The notes under the pieces are model-generated. The model was not told the DNA's origin. It was given only the letters and a program-made list of their open reading frames with translations, and did not search any database. From the NCBI GenBank assembly GCA_040755995.1, contig JBFMAF010000032.1, positions 321,306 through 385,305 of the forward strand: DNA of 64,000 nt, given 5' to 3'. The position numbers were made by a program, and so were the translations under genes. This document shows positions 8,167-18,365 of the stretch, piece after piece. How positions within the stretch are numbered: the first letter of the stretch is position 1; each line of letters begins with the position of its first letter. Origin of the DNA: Acidobacteriota bacterium (GTDB lineage: Bacteria > Acidobacteriota > CAIWXX01).

Positions 8167-9849
8167 CTATTCGGTCCGCACCTGGAAGGCCAGGACGTAG
8201 CGATCAGCCCGCGGACGCCATTGAAGCTCCTTCCGATAGGCGTAGTTGTCATCGAGGAGGTAGAGGGGAATCCAAACCAGCTCTTCCACTGCCAGACCCA
8301 TGATCCGCTGGAGCAGGGCGAGGCGCTCCCCTCGTTCGTTCAGGCCGGCGCTCTCCTCAATCAACTGGTCCATCACTGGATTGTCGTAGCTGACGTCGTT
8401 GTAGCAGCCATAGTTGGGGTCGATTCCACGCGAATGGAAGCAGTGCTCGAAGAAGTCCGATGTGTCGCCCGTGATGGGTATCCACCCGCTTATGAAGAGA
8501 TCGGAGCGGCCCGCGTGGGTCTGTTTGAAGAAGGCGCTCATCTCCATCGGAGCAGGTTTGAGTCCAATCCCGACAAGGCTGAGCTGCCGGGCGACGTCTT
8601 CAGCGATCTGCTGGACGTGGAAGTACTTCCCGACTGGGTAATGGCACGGGAAGACCCTGCCAGAGGGGAATTGGGCCTCTCGCAGTAGCTGGCCGGCCAG
8701 AGCGGGTTGAAACGGCTTGACCTGGACCCCGGGGGCGAATCCGAAAACCAGACGCGACGCCAGCTGGCCAGCCGGCTGGGCCATGGAATCCATGACGTGG
8801 GCGGCACCTTCCTCGCGGTTGATGGCCATTGACATGGCCTGCCTGACCACCCGGGAACGGAACGGATTGGACGAGCCATCAACCAACTGTTCCCGCCAAC
8901 TGGCCCCCAGGTAGATGAGCCTGGCGCCCGGCATCCGCATTACGCGCAACTGCGATGCCTGAGAGACGATGGGGAGGAGGGATGGATCCGGATCGCGGAT
9001 CAGGTCCAGTTGGCCATCCAGAAGCCGGTGCGTCCGCGCTGAGTCGTCTGGGACGAACTGGAAACGCGCCTGCCGGAACAGCTCCGCCTTCTGCCAGCGA
9101 TTGGGGGAGGCTTCCAACAGGGCCTCCTCCGCGGCGCGGTACTGCACAAGCCGGTATGGCCCGGAGCCGAGCGGGTGAGAACGTAGAAAATCCCGCGGCT
9201 TCGTCCGATAGTAGTTGGCCGGCACGATCATGATCTGGGAGAGCTTTCCAAGCAGGGGTGTGTAAGGGACGCGTGTTACGACTTCAACCTGATTGGGCGA
9301 TAACGCGTGGACTGTGTTCACCGACAGGAGGAGGGACTTCTTCGGGGACTCGGGCAGCTCCCTGATCCGGTTGATACTGTATTCCACATCGGCCGCCGTG
9401 AGGAGAGTACCGTCGTGGAAGCGAATATCCGACCGGATGTTGAACACCCAGGTGAGCGGGTCGGGATTCTGCCAGGAAGTGGCCACCCAGGGAACGACCT
9501 TGAGGTTGCTGTCGAGGAAGACCAGGGGATCGAACAGATGGTGGCAGAGGATGTTGGTAGCTTCCTCGGAGTCAAGGTGGGGGTCGAAGTGGAGGGGCCC
9601 GGTGGCGAAGCCGATGCGGATCTCCGATCGTCCATCCAGGCGCAGCCACGGCTGCTCGCCGGCGCAGGCCGCCAAGCCGAGGAGCAGAATGAGAAGGGCG
9701 TGAACCCGAAGTCGAATCGACCGAACCTGCCGCTTGCCACCAACTTGCTTGCCCGTCGCCGTCCAATTGGGATTTCCAGCTGGGACCACCGGACCCAGTA
9801 TTCGCGAGACAACCGGCGAATTACTACAGTCGTAGTGTTTCAGCGCCAT
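8167..9849 (-). CDS. ABC transporter substrate-binding protein, family 5 (peptide/nickel type); start uncertain
   Basis: Lipobox-like LLGLAAC; FHDGTLLTAADVEYS and GSGPY motifs; no permease or ATPase genes adjacent. Confidence 0.88.
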   Translation of the reverse strand: MALKHYDCSNSPVVSRILGPVVPAGNPNWTATGKQVGGKRQVRSIRLRVHALLILLLGLAACAGEQPWLRLDGRSEIRIGFATGPLHFDPHLDSEEATNILCHHLFDPLVFLDSNLKVVPWVATSWQNPDPLTWVFNIRSDIRFHDGTLLTAADVEYSINRIRELPESPKKSLLLSVNTVHALSPNQVEVVTRVPYTPLLGKLSQIMIVPANYYRTKPRDFLRSHPLGSGPYRLVQYRAAEEALLEASPNRWQKAELFRQARFQFVPDDSARTHRLLDGQLDLIRDPDPSLLPIVSQASQLRVMRMPGARLIYLGASWREQLVDGSSNPFRSRVVRQAMSMAINREEGAAHVMDSMAQPAGQLASRLVFGFAPGVQVKPFQPALAGQLLREAQFPSGRVFPCHYPVGKYFHVQQIAEDVARQLSLVGIGLKPAPMEMSAFFKQTHAGRSDLFISGWIPITGDTSDFFEHCFHSRGIDPNYGCYNDVSYDNPVMDQLIEESAGLNERGERLALLQRIMGLAVEELVWIPLYLLDDNYAYRKELQWRPRADRYVLAFQVRTE

Positions 9850-9973
9850 GCAGGCTCCAGTGGCTCGATGCACCATGGCAATATAGGGTCGGCGCATCAA
9901 GGTGTCAAGCTCGCGAGCTCGCTCGCGTGGCCGGCCGGCACGCCGGGCGCGTGAGGCGCGGCACCTCGCGCCT

Positions 9974-10642
9974 TCAGCTGCTCGGGCCCACGTCGACAAC
10001 GATGCGCTGGATCGCCAGCGCGTGGCCCGGCGGGACTATCAGCGTGCCGACGCGATCCAGGAAAAAGGCTTTCACCGTCTCCCAGTCGTCGGGGCCCTCG
10101 GATGGCAACGGAGCCTCCCGCTCGGCATCGTCGAAGTACGTGAGCGCACGCAGTAGCAGACTCTCGCGCACCCGGGGCCCGTATACCGCCGTCATCGCGC
10201 GGAGGCACTCGATGATGCCGAGGCGCTGCTGCTGCAATATGACGTATAGATCGAAGAAGTCACGCCGGGTGCCTCGATCCAGGATCGCGTGCAGTTTGGT
10301 GGCCAGGATGCCTACCACACTTAGCCGGCGCTCCTCGACAAACGGCACGAGGTTCTCCAACACGAAGATCGATACGTTGATGCCGCACCAGCGCAAATGC
10401 ACCGTGTCGGACGATTGCTCCAGAATCTCCACATCGCCGCTGGCTTCGAGCTGCCCGAGCAGGTCGGCCAGATTCCGGGCTTCGCGCACGCCGAAATCCA
10501 CATCACGGCTCGGACGGTACGGGCAGAAGCATCGGACCGCGTGGCCGCCTATGACGAACCAGTAATCCAGACCGTCCACCACGCGTCCCAGCGACTGCGG
10601 CATGACGAGTGTTGGCGAAAGGGGTCGCGCCGATGGCGTCAA
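9974..10642 (-). CDS. AbiEii/AbiGii-family nucleotidyltransferase toxin
   Basis: IGGHAV...RPSRDVDF nucleotidyltransferase motif; KLHAILDRGTRRDFFDLY; TTG start overlaps the upstream stop. Confidence 0.85.
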   Translation of the reverse strand: MTPSARPLSPTLVMPQSLGRVVDGLDYWFVIGGHAVRCFCPYRPSRDVDFGVREARNLADLLGQLEASGDVEILEQSSDTVHLRWCGINVSIFVLENLVPFVEERRLSVVGILATKLHAILDRGTRRDFFDLYVILQQQRLGIIECLRAMTAVYGPRVRESLLLRALTYFDDAEREAPLPSEGPDDWETVKAFFLDRVGTLIVPPGHALAIQRIVVDVGPSS

Positions 10643-11148
10643 ATCCTGCGCACCCGGCACACAGCCTCCAGCAACCCGCGGCTCTTGGGGCGAAAGCCGC
10701 GCATATACGCGGCCTGGTACAGATCAAGCCAGGGCAGACCAGCCGCGAAGCAAACCGCGGGCACACTACCGTAATTGAAACAGTAGAACGCGACCTGCCG
10801 GCCGGGAACCGGCACATCCGGCGCCAGGTTGTAAAGCGCCTCTTGCACCGCTGGAGGCAAGTCCGACGGGCGATACAGGTGACCAGCCAGTCGTGGCAAG
10901 GCCGCGTAGACCGATGCGCGCGATGGGCACGCAACCCCCCGCTCCCGGCACCGTCGAGCAACCTCCTCCAGAAGGTCCGGCATGCCCGGCCGCTCGTGCC
11001 CCGTGACCGTCTCACCGAGTATCTCCATGGCCTTGGGAGAACGCGGAATTCCCCGGTCCCGGCGGAGGCACCGACGTCTTTCAGATCGCTCGGCTGCGCG
11101 CCCAATCCACTGCTCGGCTCGCCGCGCCGCTTTCTCAAGATCGAACAT
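10639..11148 (-). CDS. Putative antitoxin/regulator partner of the AbiEii-like toxin
   Basis: Coupled to the toxin by a 4-bp overlap; own promoter; HTH-like N-terminus; C-terminus resembles DUF6922-type partners (FNYGS...RGFRPKS). Confidence 0.7.
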   Translation of the reverse strand: MFDLEKAARRAEQWIGRAAERSERRRCLRRDRGIPRSPKAMEILGETVTGHERPGMPDLLEEVARRCRERGVACPSRASVYAALPRLAGHLYRPSDLPPAVQEALYNLAPDVPVPGRQVAFYCFNYGSVPAVCFAAGLPWLDLYQAAYMRGFRPKSRGLLEAVCRVRRI

Positions 11149-11154
11149 GGCTAT

Positions 11155-11182
11155 ATTATAGACAGCTGGGAGTATAATTCAA
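11155..11182 (-). promoter_or_regulatory. Sigma70 promoter TTGAAT-N16-TATAAT with overlapping inverted repeat; leaderless start
   Basis: -10 box ends 6 nt before ATG 11148; ATTATA...TATAAT inverted repeat. Confidence 0.7.
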
Positions 11183-11251
11183 GACGATTGCGATGAATTG
11201 ATCGGACTAAGTTCAGCCAGGCACGCGAGACTGTCGACGAGGGAGTACCCG

Positions 11252-11986
11252 TCACAGATCCAGTAAGGCGTATGTGCGGACTCGGTGGCCGAGAGCGTGT
11301 TCGATGACCTTGCGGAGGTAGGTGTGTGTCGAGTCGGCGGCCGCCTGTAGGCTCTCGTTGGAGGCGATATCCGCCGGCGGGGTGTGAAAAGCGCTCGCCA
11401 GAAAACTCCGATCGGCGGGGGCCAGAGTCGCCACGCGGCGCTCGCTGCAGCGGTCGCAACGCAGCCCACCGAGGTCCGGCTCGGCGTGCATCGGCTCCGA
11501 GTCGCTCACGGCCGCGCCGCAACGGGCGCACCGCGAGATCGACGGGAGGAAGCCGGAGAGCCGTAGGAGCCAGGCCTCGAAATATACCAGCGCGATGCGG
11601 GGGATCGTGGTGGAGACGGACCTGGCAGAGGTCAGTGCGAGGCGAAATAGAGCGTCGTTCGCCTGCTTTTCCTGTGCGAATCCGTCCATCAGCTCGGCCA
11701 TGCAGCTCAACGCCGCGAGGACGTCCGCCCGAGCATCTCTGGGAAAGAAGCTCTCGAGCAGCTCCGCCGCGTCGATCCGCACCAGCTCGCTGCCGGGCTT
11801 CTCAAAGTAATTAAGATTGACGTGCGTCATGGGCTCGAATGCCGGACCGAATCGCTGTTTCAACTTACGCGCGCCCTTGGCTACACCGCGGAGCTTCCCC
11901 TCACCGCGCGTGAACGCGGTCACGATCTTGTCAAGCTCGCCGAGCTTGTGGGTTTTCAGGATGATCGCCTCACTTCGTTTGTACAC
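11252..11986 (-). CDS. recO: DNA repair protein RecO
   Basis: LGELDKIV...GKLRGVAKGARK OB-fold; CxxC...CxxC zinc finger; downstream of era. Confidence 0.95.
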   Translation of the reverse strand: MYKRSEAIILKTHKLGELDKIVTAFTRGEGKLRGVAKGARKLKQRFGPAFEPMTHVNLNYFEKPGSELVRIDAAELLESFFPRDARADVLAALSCMAELMDGFAQEKQANDALFRLALTSARSVSTTIPRIALVYFEAWLLRLSGFLPSISRCARCGAAVSDSEPMHAEPDLGGLRCDRCSERRVATLAPADRSFLASAFHTPPADIASNESLQAAADSTHTYLRKVIEHALGHRVRTYALLDL

Positions 11987-12042
11987 TGCCTGGCCTCTGA
12001 GAAAGCATTGGGGTATGGTAGCCTGTCATCCCACTTGCATCC

Positions 12043-12092
12043 GAACCGGCGAATCGGGGAATCGGAGAATCGGGGAACCGGGGAAACGAGAA
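12043..12092. repeat. Imperfect octamer tandem repeat (GAATCGGG)n, about 6 copies
   Basis: GAACCGGC GAATCGGG GAATCGGA GAATCGGG GAACCGGG GAAACGAG. Confidence 0.8.
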
Positions 12093-12112
12093 CAGGAGAT
12101 CCCACCATGGCG

Positions 12113-12152
12113 ACTGACAACTGACAACTGACAACCGCCAACTGCCAACTGG
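12113..12152. repeat. Heptamer tandem repeat (ACTGACA)n, about 5.5 copies
   Basis: ACTGACA x3, ACCGCCA, ACTGCCA, ACTGG; abuts the era stop. Confidence 0.85.
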
Positions 12153-12154
12153 CT

Positions 12155-13084
12155 TCACTCGTTCTCGTAGATCTCGAGCGACGCCAGGTGCTCCGGGCTC
12201 TCCCTCCACTTCTCCTCGTGCCGGACCTGGAGCGAGAGGTAGATCTTCTTCTTGAACATCCCCTCGAGCTCCTCGCGCGCCTCCGTCCCGATCGCCTTGA
12301 GGAACTGGCCCGCTCTCCCGATGACGATAGGCCGCTGTGATTCCTTTTCTACGAGGATCGTCATGTAGATTCGCCAGAGCTTCCCATCGACTTCGGTGCT
12401 GTCCACCCGGACGGCGGTCGTCCACGGGAGTTCCTCGTGGACGTGGGCCAGGATTTTCTCGCGCACGATCTCCGCCGCACGGAATGCGTCCGACCGGTCC
12501 GTGTGCATCTCCGATGGGAACATAGGCTCCCCATCCGGAGCGTGTTCCCATAGAGATCTTTCCACGACATCGACGTTGTCACCCCGCAGGGCGGATACCG
12601 GTATGATCTCCTTCGCCGCCAGGCTGCGCGAGTACAGGTCCATCAGTGGCAGAAGCCGCGACTTCTTGATGAGGTCCATCTTGTTGAGAAGAATGAACAG
12701 AGGCTTGTTGAAGTCCTTCATCGAATCGATGACGTACCGGTCGCCGTTGCCGGTCGGTTGCGACGCATCGACAATGAGAAGGGCCAACTCGGTGTCGGCC
12801 AACGCGCCCATAGCGGCTTGCATCATGTACCGGTTCAGTCGATGCAGTGGGCGGTGTATGCCCGGAGTGTCGATGAAGACGAGCTGGCCGTTCGGTCGCG
12901 TGTGGACTCCCAAGATGCGGTGGCGGGTTGTCTGGGGTTTCTCGGACACAATCGTGACCTTCTCTCCCACGATCCGATTGACCAGCGTCGACTTGCCGAC
13001 GTTCGGCCGCCCGACCACAGCGATGGTCGCGAATCGCGTCGACTGCGGCGACTCATGCCGGCCGGTCTGTGATGTCGGCTTCAT
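12155..13084 (-). CDS. era: GTPase Era
   Basis: GRPNVGKST, KPQTTR, DTPG and NKMD motifs; KH domain (IVIGRAG). Confidence 0.97.
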   Translation of the reverse strand: MKPTSQTGRHESPQSTRFATIAVVGRPNVGKSTLVNRIVGEKVTIVSEKPQTTRHRILGVHTRPNGQLVFIDTPGIHRPLHRLNRYMMQAAMGALADTELALLIVDASQPTGNGDRYVIDSMKDFNKPLFILLNKMDLIKKSRLLPLMDLYSRSLAAKEIIPVSALRGDNVDVVERSLWEHAPDGEPMFPSEMHTDRSDAFRAAEIVREKILAHVHEELPWTTAVRVDSTEVDGKLWRIYMTILVEKESQRPIVIGRAGQFLKAIGTEAREELEGMFKKKIYLSLQVRHEEKWRESPEHLASLEIYENE

Positions 13085-13120
13085 GTGCGTTGGCGGCCGC
13101 AGATGCCGTGGTAGCTCCTC

Positions 13121-13148
13121 AATCTGAAATCTGGAATCTGAAATCCAG
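13121..13148. repeat. Heptamer tandem repeat (AATCTGN)n, 4 copies
   Basis: AATCTGA AATCTGG AATCTGA AATCCAG; abuts the hlyC stop. Confidence 0.85.
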
Positions 13149-13150
13149 GA

Positions 13151-14413
13151 TCATTCTATCTTCTTGATCCGTATCTTCTGGATCTTCTTCGGGTCGCCCT
13201 GTAGCACTTCAAACCTGAGCCCCTGGTGCTCGACCGATTCCCCCTCGGCCAACATCCTTCCGGCCAGGGCGGATACCAGCCCGGCAATTGTGTTGCAGTC
13301 ACCGGGCCGTTCGCTCAGATCTACGTGGAAGAACTCGCTGACCTTCTCGAGCTCCATGTTTCCACTCACCTCGTAGCCCCTGGTCCCGTCGCCCAGGAAC
13401 TGGTCGCGATCCTCATCGTACTCGTCCTTGATCTCGCCGACGATCTCTTCGAGCAGGTCTTCGATGGTGACGAGCCCAGCCACTCCACCGTACTCGTTCA
13501 CAACCACTGCCAGGCTCAACCGCAGTTTCTGGAACTCGGCAAGCAGCTCCGACACCCGCTTTGTCTCAGGCACGAAGTGCGCCTGCCGGACCAGCGGACG
13601 GATATCCTCGTCCGCGTCCCTCACCGAGAGCATGTGAACGAGATCCCGAGCGAGAATGACGCCGGTCACGTTGTCCAGGGTCCCGGCATACACGGGAACG
13701 CGCGAGTGTTTTTCCTCGATCACCATGCGCCGGAGCTCGGCTACCGGCGCGTCCTCGCGGATGGCCACCATGTCGATTCTCGGCGTCATCACCTCGCGTA
13801 CCACCGTGTCTCCGAACTCCACCACCGACTTCACCAGCTTCTCCTCGCCCTCCTCCAGAATCCCCTCGTCCTTGGCTACGTGGATGAGCGCCGCCAGCTC
13901 TTCTCCCTCATCGCTCTCCCGCTCTATCTGTTCGCGGCTCCACATCTGCTTCAACAGCCGGAGCGGCATCACCAGCGGCAGCAGCAGAAAGTACACTCGC
14001 TGGAAGATCGGCACGAGCACCGCGATGGCCCGATCGGGGAAGCGATACGCGAACGTACGCGGAATTATCTGGCCGAAGATGAGAATTATTCCGACCAGGG
14101 AGGCCAGTGAAATGATGTACGGGTATGGAGTCCCCGACGTCACCAGGCAGTAGACCGTGACGAGGACGACGAGGATGATGAGAATCTGCCTGCTCAGGTG
14201 CAGTGCGATCGAGACGTCCTGATGGACTTCCAGGAAGTGAACGATGTGGTCCAGACTCTTGCGCCCATCCTTGATCGCGAGCTTCCTCAGCTTTATGCGA
14301 TTCAGGGCGGAGAGGCACATGTCGAGGGTGGCCGCGGCGGTGTAAATCAGAACGGTTACGGGCAGCAATACCAGAATGCAGCCGAACCTCATGGGAGCCG
14401 CCTCAGGATGCAT
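13151..14413 (-). CDS. HlyC/CorC (CNNM-CBS-CorC) family membrane protein
   Basis: Transmembrane N-terminus; VREVMTPR, HSRVPVY, VVNEYGGVAGLVTIEDLLEEIVGEI motifs. Confidence 0.95.
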   Translation of the reverse strand: MHPEAAPMRFGCILVLLPVTVLIYTAAATLDMCLSALNRIKLRKLAIKDGRKSLDHIVHFLEVHQDVSIALHLSRQILIILVVLVTVYCLVTSGTPYPYIISLASLVGIILIFGQIIPRTFAYRFPDRAIAVLVPIFQRVYFLLLPLVMPLRLLKQMWSREQIERESDEGEELAALIHVAKDEGILEEGEEKLVKSVVEFGDTVVREVMTPRIDMVAIREDAPVAELRRMVIEEKHSRVPVYAGTLDNVTGVILARDLVHMLSVRDADEDIRPLVRQAHFVPETKRVSELLAEFQKLRLSLAVVVNEYGGVAGLVTIEDLLEEIVGEIKDEYDEDRDQFLGDGTRGYEVSGNMELEKVSEFFHVDLSERPGDCNTIAGLVSALAGRMLAEGESVEHQGLRFEVLQGDPKKIQKIRIKKIE

Positions 14414-14563
14414 GACGATCTGCTGCCGGACTCATGCGCAGTGTACGGCCTCGCCGGCAGTCGACGCGGGGTCGCCAGGATCCGCCGGATCCGGCCGGCG
14501 ACCTCATCCGTCTCCGCCCGCCGCAACGACAGGTTGTGCCACACGTGATCCATCCGCTTGCGA

Positions 14564-15007
14564 TCAGCGCCGCTTCAGCCGGAGAATCCGATGCGTCCGG
14601 ATTCGCCTGCTCAACCGGAGCTCGAGACGTCGCATCTGACCCTCGTCGACCTCGTGGTCGTGGCCGATCAGGTGGAGATAACCGTGCGTGATCAGCACCT
14701 TGGCTTCCTCGTCGACCGAGTGACCAAGCTGTCGAGCCTGGGCCGCGAGCCGCGGAATGGATATGACAATGTCGCCCAGGTAGCCTTCGGTCTCTGCCGG
14801 GAAACTCAGCACGTCGGTCGTGGCGTTCTTCGCCCGGTATCGCCGATTGTAGCCCCGCATGCGACGATCCCCGACGAAGACCACCGAGCAGTCGGCCGGC
14901 GCGCCGGCAGCCTCTGCCAGCTCCGCCACGAGCGACCGCACCGCTCCTGCATCTACGCCGGCCGACCGGCACCAATTCATGACGACAATCTCTCGACCCA
15001 TCTTCAC
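14564..15007 (-). CDS. ybeY: rRNA maturation RNase YbeY
   Basis: TDVLSF, LGDIVIS and HGYLHLIGHDH motifs. Confidence 0.96.
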   Translation of the reverse strand: MKMGREIVVMNWCRSAGVDAGAVRSLVAELAEAAGAPADCSVVFVGDRRMRGYNRRYRAKNATTDVLSFPAETEGYLGDIVISIPRLAAQARQLGHSVDEEAKVLITHGYLHLIGHDHEVDEGQMRRLELRLSRRIRTHRILRLKRR

Positions 15008-15011
15008 CCGA

Positions 15012-15044
15012 AATCTGCAATCTGCAATCTGGAATCTGCGATCC
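15012..15044. repeat. Heptamer tandem repeat (AATCTGC)n, about 4.5 copies
   Basis: Fills almost the whole pgpH-ybeY intergenic space. Confidence 0.85.
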
Positions 15045-15046
15045 CC

Positions 15047-17311
15047 CTACGACTTCCCATTCCTGGCCTTCTTTGCTTCAAATTGGAAGCCGGGGTAGTC
15101 GATCCTCCGATGGTAGATCCCGATGAGCACCCGCAGGAAGGCGGCCGATATCAGGTTCAGCTCCTTCAGGTTCATCTCGCATTCGTCGAGCTGTCCGTCG
15201 GCGACGATCGCATCCACGATCTTCTTTATCACGTTCTTGAGCTTGCCCGGGCTAGGGTCCTCCAGGCTTCGCGCGGCGGCCTCAACCCCATCCGCCAGCA
15301 TGATGATCGCCGCCTCCTTCGACTGGGGCTTGGGCCCCGGATACCGGTAGTCATCTTCCTTCACGGTATCCATCCTGGCGTCCTGCTTCTCCTTCGCTTT
15401 GTTGAAGAAGTAAGTCATGAGGCGCGTGCCGTGGTGCTGCGGTATGCAGTCCGCGATCGCTTTGGGCAGCCTGACCCGCGCGGCTATGTCGAGACCTTCT
15501 TTGACGTGATTCGAGATGATGAGGCCGCTCATGCTCGGGTTCAACCGCTCGTGCGGGTTCTCGCCTCGCTGGTTTTCGACGAAGTATTCGGCCATCTTGA
15601 TCTTGCCAATGTCGTGGTAGTAAGCGGCCGTCCTCAGGAAGAGCGGGTTCAGCCCGATGGCCTCCGCGCCGGCCTCCGCCAGCGATCCAAGCAGAATCGA
15701 ATGGTGGTACGTCCCCGGCGCCTCCAGCATGAGCTGCCGGAGGATCGGAAGATTCAGGTTCGCGAGCTCAAGCAGCTTGATGTCGGTGATGAAGTTGAAC
15801 AGGGACTCGAACATCGGCAGCAGAAACGAGACCAGAATGGCCACGAGCAGCGCGCAGATGAGAGCCATACCGATGATGAAGAGCACCGTCTCCGGCGTCG
15901 GCAGCGCCCGCGAGACGAAATGCAGAATCAGGGCGTAGAAGGCGCACACGATGGCGATGGCCATGCCGATGCGATAGATGGCGCTGCGATCCTTGTAGTG
16001 CGTGGTCCCGAACACCGCCGCCAGGCTCCCTATGATGCTGTAGAACACCAGGTAGAAGTCGCCTCCGAAGAGCAGCCCGATCATCAATGCATTGATCAGT
16101 GAGAAGATAATGGCGACGGTGCCGTCGAGGAGCAGGGTCAGGAGCAGGGCGCCGAGCGGGAACGGGATAGCGAAATAGTAGTTCGACGCGTTCTGCAGAA
16201 ACGGTTGAGCGGCCGCGCCCGCGATGAGATTCGCGAGCAGGTACAAGAACTTGTCCGCCGTCACCGACATCGCCAGCACCAGACAGACGATGACGAAGGT
16301 CTCAGAAGAGGTCTTCTTGCCGGTGTAGAATGACCTGAGAAAAAGCCAGAACGAGAAGAGGATCGTCGTGATGAGCACGCCGAGACCGAGAATGGCGCCG
16401 ACGTTGCTCCGCTGCGACGCCAGCGCTTCCCTCACCGCGGCCAGCTCCGACATCCGCTCCTCCGTCACCTCATCACCCGCTCGCAGAATCACCCGGCCGC
16501 GCTTCAACTGGTAGAACACCGGCTCCACCGCCGCAACCGCCCGCCGCTCGCGCTCGTCCGTCTCGAAATTGTTCAGGTGCAGATTGGCCCGGATAATCTC
16601 GGACGCCACCCCCGCCAGGGCCTTTCGCTGCGCCACCAGAAGCTGCGTGTTCTGCTGCAGCGATCTCTCGATCGCCCGCTGCAGGGTCTCCTCCGTGGCA
16701 ATGTCCCTCACCTGCATCCGGCGCTCCTCGAGCGTCTGGATGTTGCGCACGACGACCTCTTGGTTGCGGAGAAGGGTAGATAGAGAACGGGCCGAGCCCA
16801 CGGGCTGGCCGTAGTTCTGATGCACCAGTTCCGTCAGCACGGCCTCCATCTTCTCAGAGAACCCGTTCTGGGCCAGGAAGGCGACGCTGTCCATGGAGAG
16901 CGTGAGCCGGAAGTCCTCGGATATGGCCATTCTCAGCTTCTCCGGCGCGGGCTCCTGCGCCTGGCGGGCATACTGGAAGCCGTCACGCAGCGCCTTCGTG
17001 AGCCTGGTGTACTCCGACGGATCATAGTCGAAGACGGTGAGGACTTGCGCAAGCGCCTCGTCACGGCGCTTCTGTGTTGTCTGGCGGTCCTCGACCGTCA
17101 GGTCCACGGGCACCGTGACGTCTGCCGAGGCGATCTGACCCACCTGGTACACGGGAATAGTGGTACGCAGATGCGGTGAGAGGAAGAACAGCGCGACCGC
17201 ACCGGCCAGAACGCCCGCCGTCAGAGGGTGCCTCAGCCACTGCCTCTTCGCCTCCGGCTGGTCCTCCTTCCTGCGAAACGGCACGAGCTTCTGCGGCTTC
17301 TCCTGGCTCAT
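15047..17311 (-). CDS. pgpH: 7TM-HD phosphohydrolase (PgpH-like cyclic-di-AMP phosphodiesterase family)
   Basis: Large extracellular domain, 7 TM segments, APGTYHHS, YYHDIGK, QHHGT, YPGPKPQSKE; typical phoH-HD-ybeY order. Confidence 0.9.
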   Translation of the reverse strand: MSQEKPQKLVPFRRKEDQPEAKRQWLRHPLTAGVLAGAVALFFLSPHLRTTIPVYQVGQIASADVTVPVDLTVEDRQTTQKRRDEALAQVLTVFDYDPSEYTRLTKALRDGFQYARQAQEPAPEKLRMAISEDFRLTLSMDSVAFLAQNGFSEKMEAVLTELVHQNYGQPVGSARSLSTLLRNQEVVVRNIQTLEERRMQVRDIATEETLQRAIERSLQQNTQLLVAQRKALAGVASEIIRANLHLNNFETDERERRAVAAVEPVFYQLKRGRVILRAGDEVTEERMSELAAVREALASQRSNVGAILGLGVLITTILFSFWLFLRSFYTGKKTSSETFVIVCLVLAMSVTADKFLYLLANLIAGAAAQPFLQNASNYYFAIPFPLGALLLTLLLDGTVAIIFSLINALMIGLLFGGDFYLVFYSIIGSLAAVFGTTHYKDRSAIYRIGMAIAIVCAFYALILHFVSRALPTPETVLFIIGMALICALLVAILVSFLLPMFESLFNFITDIKLLELANLNLPILRQLMLEAPGTYHHSILLGSLAEAGAEAIGLNPLFLRTAAYYHDIGKIKMAEYFVENQRGENPHERLNPSMSGLIISNHVKEGLDIAARVRLPKAIADCIPQHHGTRLMTYFFNKAKEKQDARMDTVKEDDYRYPGPKPQSKEAAIIMLADGVEAAARSLEDPSPGKLKNVIKKIVDAIVADGQLDECEMNLKELNLISAAFLRVLIGIYHRRIDYPGFQFEAKKARNGKS

Positions 17312-17315
17312 TCTC

Positions 17316-18269
17316 TCACTCGGCCTTTCGGTTCTCGCGGTCCTCGTACGCCTTGATGATGAGCTGCACCAGCGGGTGCCGCACTACGTCCTTCTTTTCA
17401 AAGAAGACGAACTCGATCCCCGGCGTGGCCATCAGCAGATCCCTGGCATCGACAAGCCCCGAGGTCCGCCCCTGCGGGAGATCAGTCTGGGTCAGGTCGC
17501 CGGTAATTACCGCCTTCGAGTCGAAGCCAATCCGCGTCAGGAACATCTTCATCTGTTCGGTGGTGGTGTTCTGGGCTTCATCGAGAATGATAAAAGAGTC
17601 GTTCAGCGTCCGGCCTCGCATATAGGCCAGCGGTGCGACCTCGATCGAGCCACGCTCGAGCAGACTGTTGGCCTTCTCCGTGTCGAGCAGATCGTAGAGG
17701 GCATCGTAGAGCGGCCGCAGATACGGGTCCACCTTCTGGAACATGTCCCCCGGGAGAAACCCGAGTTTCTCGCCCGCCTCGATCGCCGGCCGGGTGAGGA
17801 TGATCCGATGCACGAACTTGTTCAGCAAGGCCGTGATGGCCATGGCCATCGCAAGATACGTCTTGCCGGTGCCGGCCGGCCCGATCCCGAAGACAATGTC
17901 ATGGCGCTCGATCGCCGCCAGATACCGCCGCTGGTTCATCGACCGCGGGGAGATCTGCTTCTTCGCCCATGGATGCAGCGGCACTCCGGCGAAGAAGTCC
18001 TTCAGTTCGAGCGTCTCGTCCTCCTTGAGCAGATTCAGAGCAAGGTCGATATCGCCTTCCTTCGGCGAGTAGCCCTGGTCCAGAAGGTCGGAGAACTTCG
18101 TCAAGAGCCTTTCGGCTGCAAGCTCCGACGATTCGTCGCCCTCTATGAAAAGTTCCTTCCCCCGGCTCGAAAGCCTCACCCCCAGCCGTTCCTGCAGAAG
18201 AATGAGGTTCCGGTCTCTGACCCCGAAAATGGACGGGGCGACTCTCTCGTCCAGGGTCAGCTTCCGCAT
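17316..18269 (-). CDS. phoH: PhoH-family ATPase
   Basis: GPAGTGKTYLA, LGFLPGD, MRGRTL, LDEAQN and VVRHPLV motifs. Confidence 0.96.
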   Translation of the reverse strand: MRKLTLDERVAPSIFGVRDRNLILLQERLGVRLSSRGKELFIEGDESSELAAERLLTKFSDLLDQGYSPKEGDIDLALNLLKEDETLELKDFFAGVPLHPWAKKQISPRSMNQRRYLAAIERHDIVFGIGPAGTGKTYLAMAMAITALLNKFVHRIILTRPAIEAGEKLGFLPGDMFQKVDPYLRPLYDALYDLLDTEKANSLLERGSIEVAPLAYMRGRTLNDSFIILDEAQNTTTEQMKMFLTRIGFDSKAVITGDLTQTDLPQGRTSGLVDARDLLMATPGIEFVFFEKKDVVRHPLVQLIIKAYEDRENRKAE

Positions 18270-18365
18270 ACGGCCTCAGCGGTCATGATCGCCCGCTGCA
18301 CGGTAGCAACCATCTGACAAAGTTCTCATCAGATCCTAGCAACCCCGACCGGAGGTGTCAACATG

